Assembly (NCBI RefSeq): GCF_964355755.1
Contig: NC_092670.1
Location: 4,764,201 to 4,828,200 of the forward strand
Origin: Antedon mediterranea
Lineage: Eukaryota > Animalia > Echinodermata
Reading direction: 5' to 3'
DNA: 64,000 bases
In this document: positions 61,732-64,000 of the stretch, in pieces
Layout: each line of letters starts with the position of its first letter
Numbering within the stretch: the stretch's first letter is position 1
The notes under the pieces: model-generated
Seen by the model: the letters and a program-made list of their open reading frames with translations, nothing else
Databases searched by the model: none
What the model was told of the DNA's origin: nothing
Program-made: the position numbers and the translations under genes

Positions 61732-64000
61732 TACACTTACACTTACACTTACACTTAATGTTTGATGGAAATAGTTTAGGCTAGTGCCTATTAGATTCCA
61801 TTTCTAGCCGAAAATAGTTGTCAAGTCTAGACTTAAAGATGTTCACTGAAGAGGCTTGTATTACATATTCAGGCAGAGAATTCCAGTGATGTATGACTCT
61901 GATGGTAAAAAAGTTGGCCCTGCACATAAGATTTCCTCTAAGTTTTGGACGATATAGTTTTAAGCTGTGTCCCCTGGTTCTGATGTTGTGAGACAATTTA
62001 AATAAATCTTTTGGGTCAATATCCTCAAAGCCTTTCAAAATTTTGAAAGCTTCAATCAAATCTCCTCGTAGTCTTCTCGTCTCTAATGGTTGAAGATCAA
62101 GATATTCTAACCTTTTTTCATATGGTAGATCACTTATTGACTTGACCATCTTTGTAGCTCTTCTCTGCACCTTCTCCAAGATTTCTTTGTCTTTGTTATA
62201 GTAAGGAGACCAGGACTGTATACAGTATTCCATATGTGGACGGATGTATGCCTTGTACATGACCTGAAAACTTTCTTTGTCAATATTTTTGAATGTTCTT
62301 TTGACAGTTCTCATACTATTCGTCGCTCTAGCTGCTGCTGCAGCACACTGTCGGCTTGGCTTGCAGTCGCTAGTGAAGATAACACCAAGGTCTTTTTCTT
62401 CGTTTACTGCCAATAACGTTTCTCCATTTAGACAATATTCTGATTTCTCTGTCTTTCTACCAGCATGGAGCACTTCGCATTTCTTGGTATTGAATTTTAG
62501 CAGCCAGTCCTCTGACCATTCCTGAGCCCTATCAAGATCAATTTGAAGTTTTCTTGAAATCCGATTTTTCTTTGATGGTCTTTATAATCTTTGCATCATC
62601 TGCAAACATGTTAAAGTCTGCGCTGATAATTTTATCTGGAAGATCGTTTATGAAGAGGATGAATAGGATTGGGCCAAGGACTGATCCTTGTGGGACTCCA
62701 CTCACTACATCTACCGGCTTGGATGTTGTATTTCTTACAATTACTTTCTGTGTTCTTCCTGCCAGAAACTCAGCTATCCAATTTATAGTCTTACCAGATA
62801 TTCCATAGCCTATCAGCTTGTGAATTAGTCTTCGATGTGGAACACTATCGAACGCCTTCATATAATCAAGGTATACGATATCCACATCTTCACCACTATC
62901 TAGAGCTTCAGTGACTGTTTCGAATGTTTGTAGCAAATTTGTTAGACAAGACCTACCACTTAGGAATCCATGTTGACACCTAGACAGCATTCTACTTCCT
63001 TTAACAAAGCCAAGCACATTGTCTTTGATGATTGATTCAAAAACTTTACATGGTATTGATGTTAGGCTGATGGGCCGATAATTTTCAGCTTTCTTCTTGG
63101 ATCCTTTCTTGAAAATTGGTGTGACATTTGCAGTCTTCCAATCTTTTGGTAATTTACCTGTCTCAAGTGAGAGCTTGAAAATGATAGTAAGTGGATGAGC
63201 TAGAGAACTGGCACATTGGTTCAGAACCATAGGATGGACACCATCTGGACCAGGAGCTTTGTTTGGTTGCTGTTGATTTAATTTTTTTTGAACATCTTCT
63301 ACCGAAAATACAATATTTTCAAGAATGTTGTCGCTGTTCCTGCTATCAAACTGGGGTAGGTCACCATCTGGTTCATGGGTATATACAGATTGAAAAAAAT
63401 TTGCTCAACATTTCAACTGCTTCCTGGTCATTTTCGGTCAAACTTCCATCTTCTTTTACAAGATTAGTTATACCTTCTTTTACTTTTTGTTGTTCCCTAA
63501 TGTACTTGTATACTGGCTTAGGATTTTTCTTAAAGTTCTTCATTAACTTTTGCTCATGTTCTATACGTGCCTTTCTCACGTTTGCACTTGCGACATTCCT
63601 CTGTTTCTTGTACTCAAGGTAGTCCTTGTACTGGTTTGTCTGTCTGTACTTTTTGTATAATTTGTGTTTCTTCTTTATACTCTTCTTTATTCTAGCTTTC
63701 AGCCATACAGGTTTCATGTTCTTTCTCATTGACCTCTTAGGTATATATTTTTCAGTTTCTGCATTGTAGATTTCCATAAATGTTTCCCATGCCTGGTTAC
63801 AACTTTTATCATCAAGCAGAGCATCCCAATTTAATTTCCCAAATGAATCATTTAGTCTCTCATAATCACCTTTTGCGTAATTCTTTTGTTTTTTCTCATC
63901 ACTTCCAATAGGATTTCTTGAACAGGTATACTAAAAAAACAATACATCATGATCACTTTTCCCAAGTGGGCTACAATGTTGTATCTCTTCAACTGCACTT
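61732..64000 (-). mobile_element. CR1-clade LINE, ORF2 (RT) frameshifted, continues beyond the window
   Basis: PGPDGVHP, NYRPISLTS, QHGF, YLDYMKAFDSVPH, SGVPQGSVLGP, FADD, EKDLGV, LEKVQRRATK, RVIHHWNSLP; (TAAGTG)n tail at 61732-61757. Confidence 0.95.

Noticed and set aside
61732-61757. Telomere-like repeat (ACACTT)n
   Set aside because: It sits right after the CR1 ORF2 stop on the minus strand and is the element's tandem-repeat tail.

Overview
AT-rich, repeat-dense eukaryotic genomic DNA, probably from a marine invertebrate (an inference from the repeat families and gene structure; no species can be assigned). Bases 300-8687 hold a complete 9-exon SNRNP40 gene (U5 snRNP 40 kDa WD40 protein). 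From 12 to 61 kb lies a tandem, same-strand cluster of six highly diverged genes. Each has a single coding exon encoding a signal peptide, one or two atypical Ig-like domains, a stalk and a transmembrane segment with a short tail. Two copies have lesions just before or in the membrane anchor, and NF-kB-like sites cluster upstream of several copies. I do not recognise the family, and it is the best candidate for an undescribed immune or recognition receptor system. The intergenic DNA contains a 3.8-kb palindromic Academ derivative, another long-TIR element, many Harbinger/Kolobok-like MITEs, LINE fragments (CR1, RTE, L1/Tx1, L2), SINEs and satellites. It also has two P-element-like excision footprints and about 50 copies of the palindrome TAGGCCTA, which behaves like a TA-to-TAGGCCTA insertion scar and is absent from the SNRNP40 gene body. 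All alignments and counts were done by eye.
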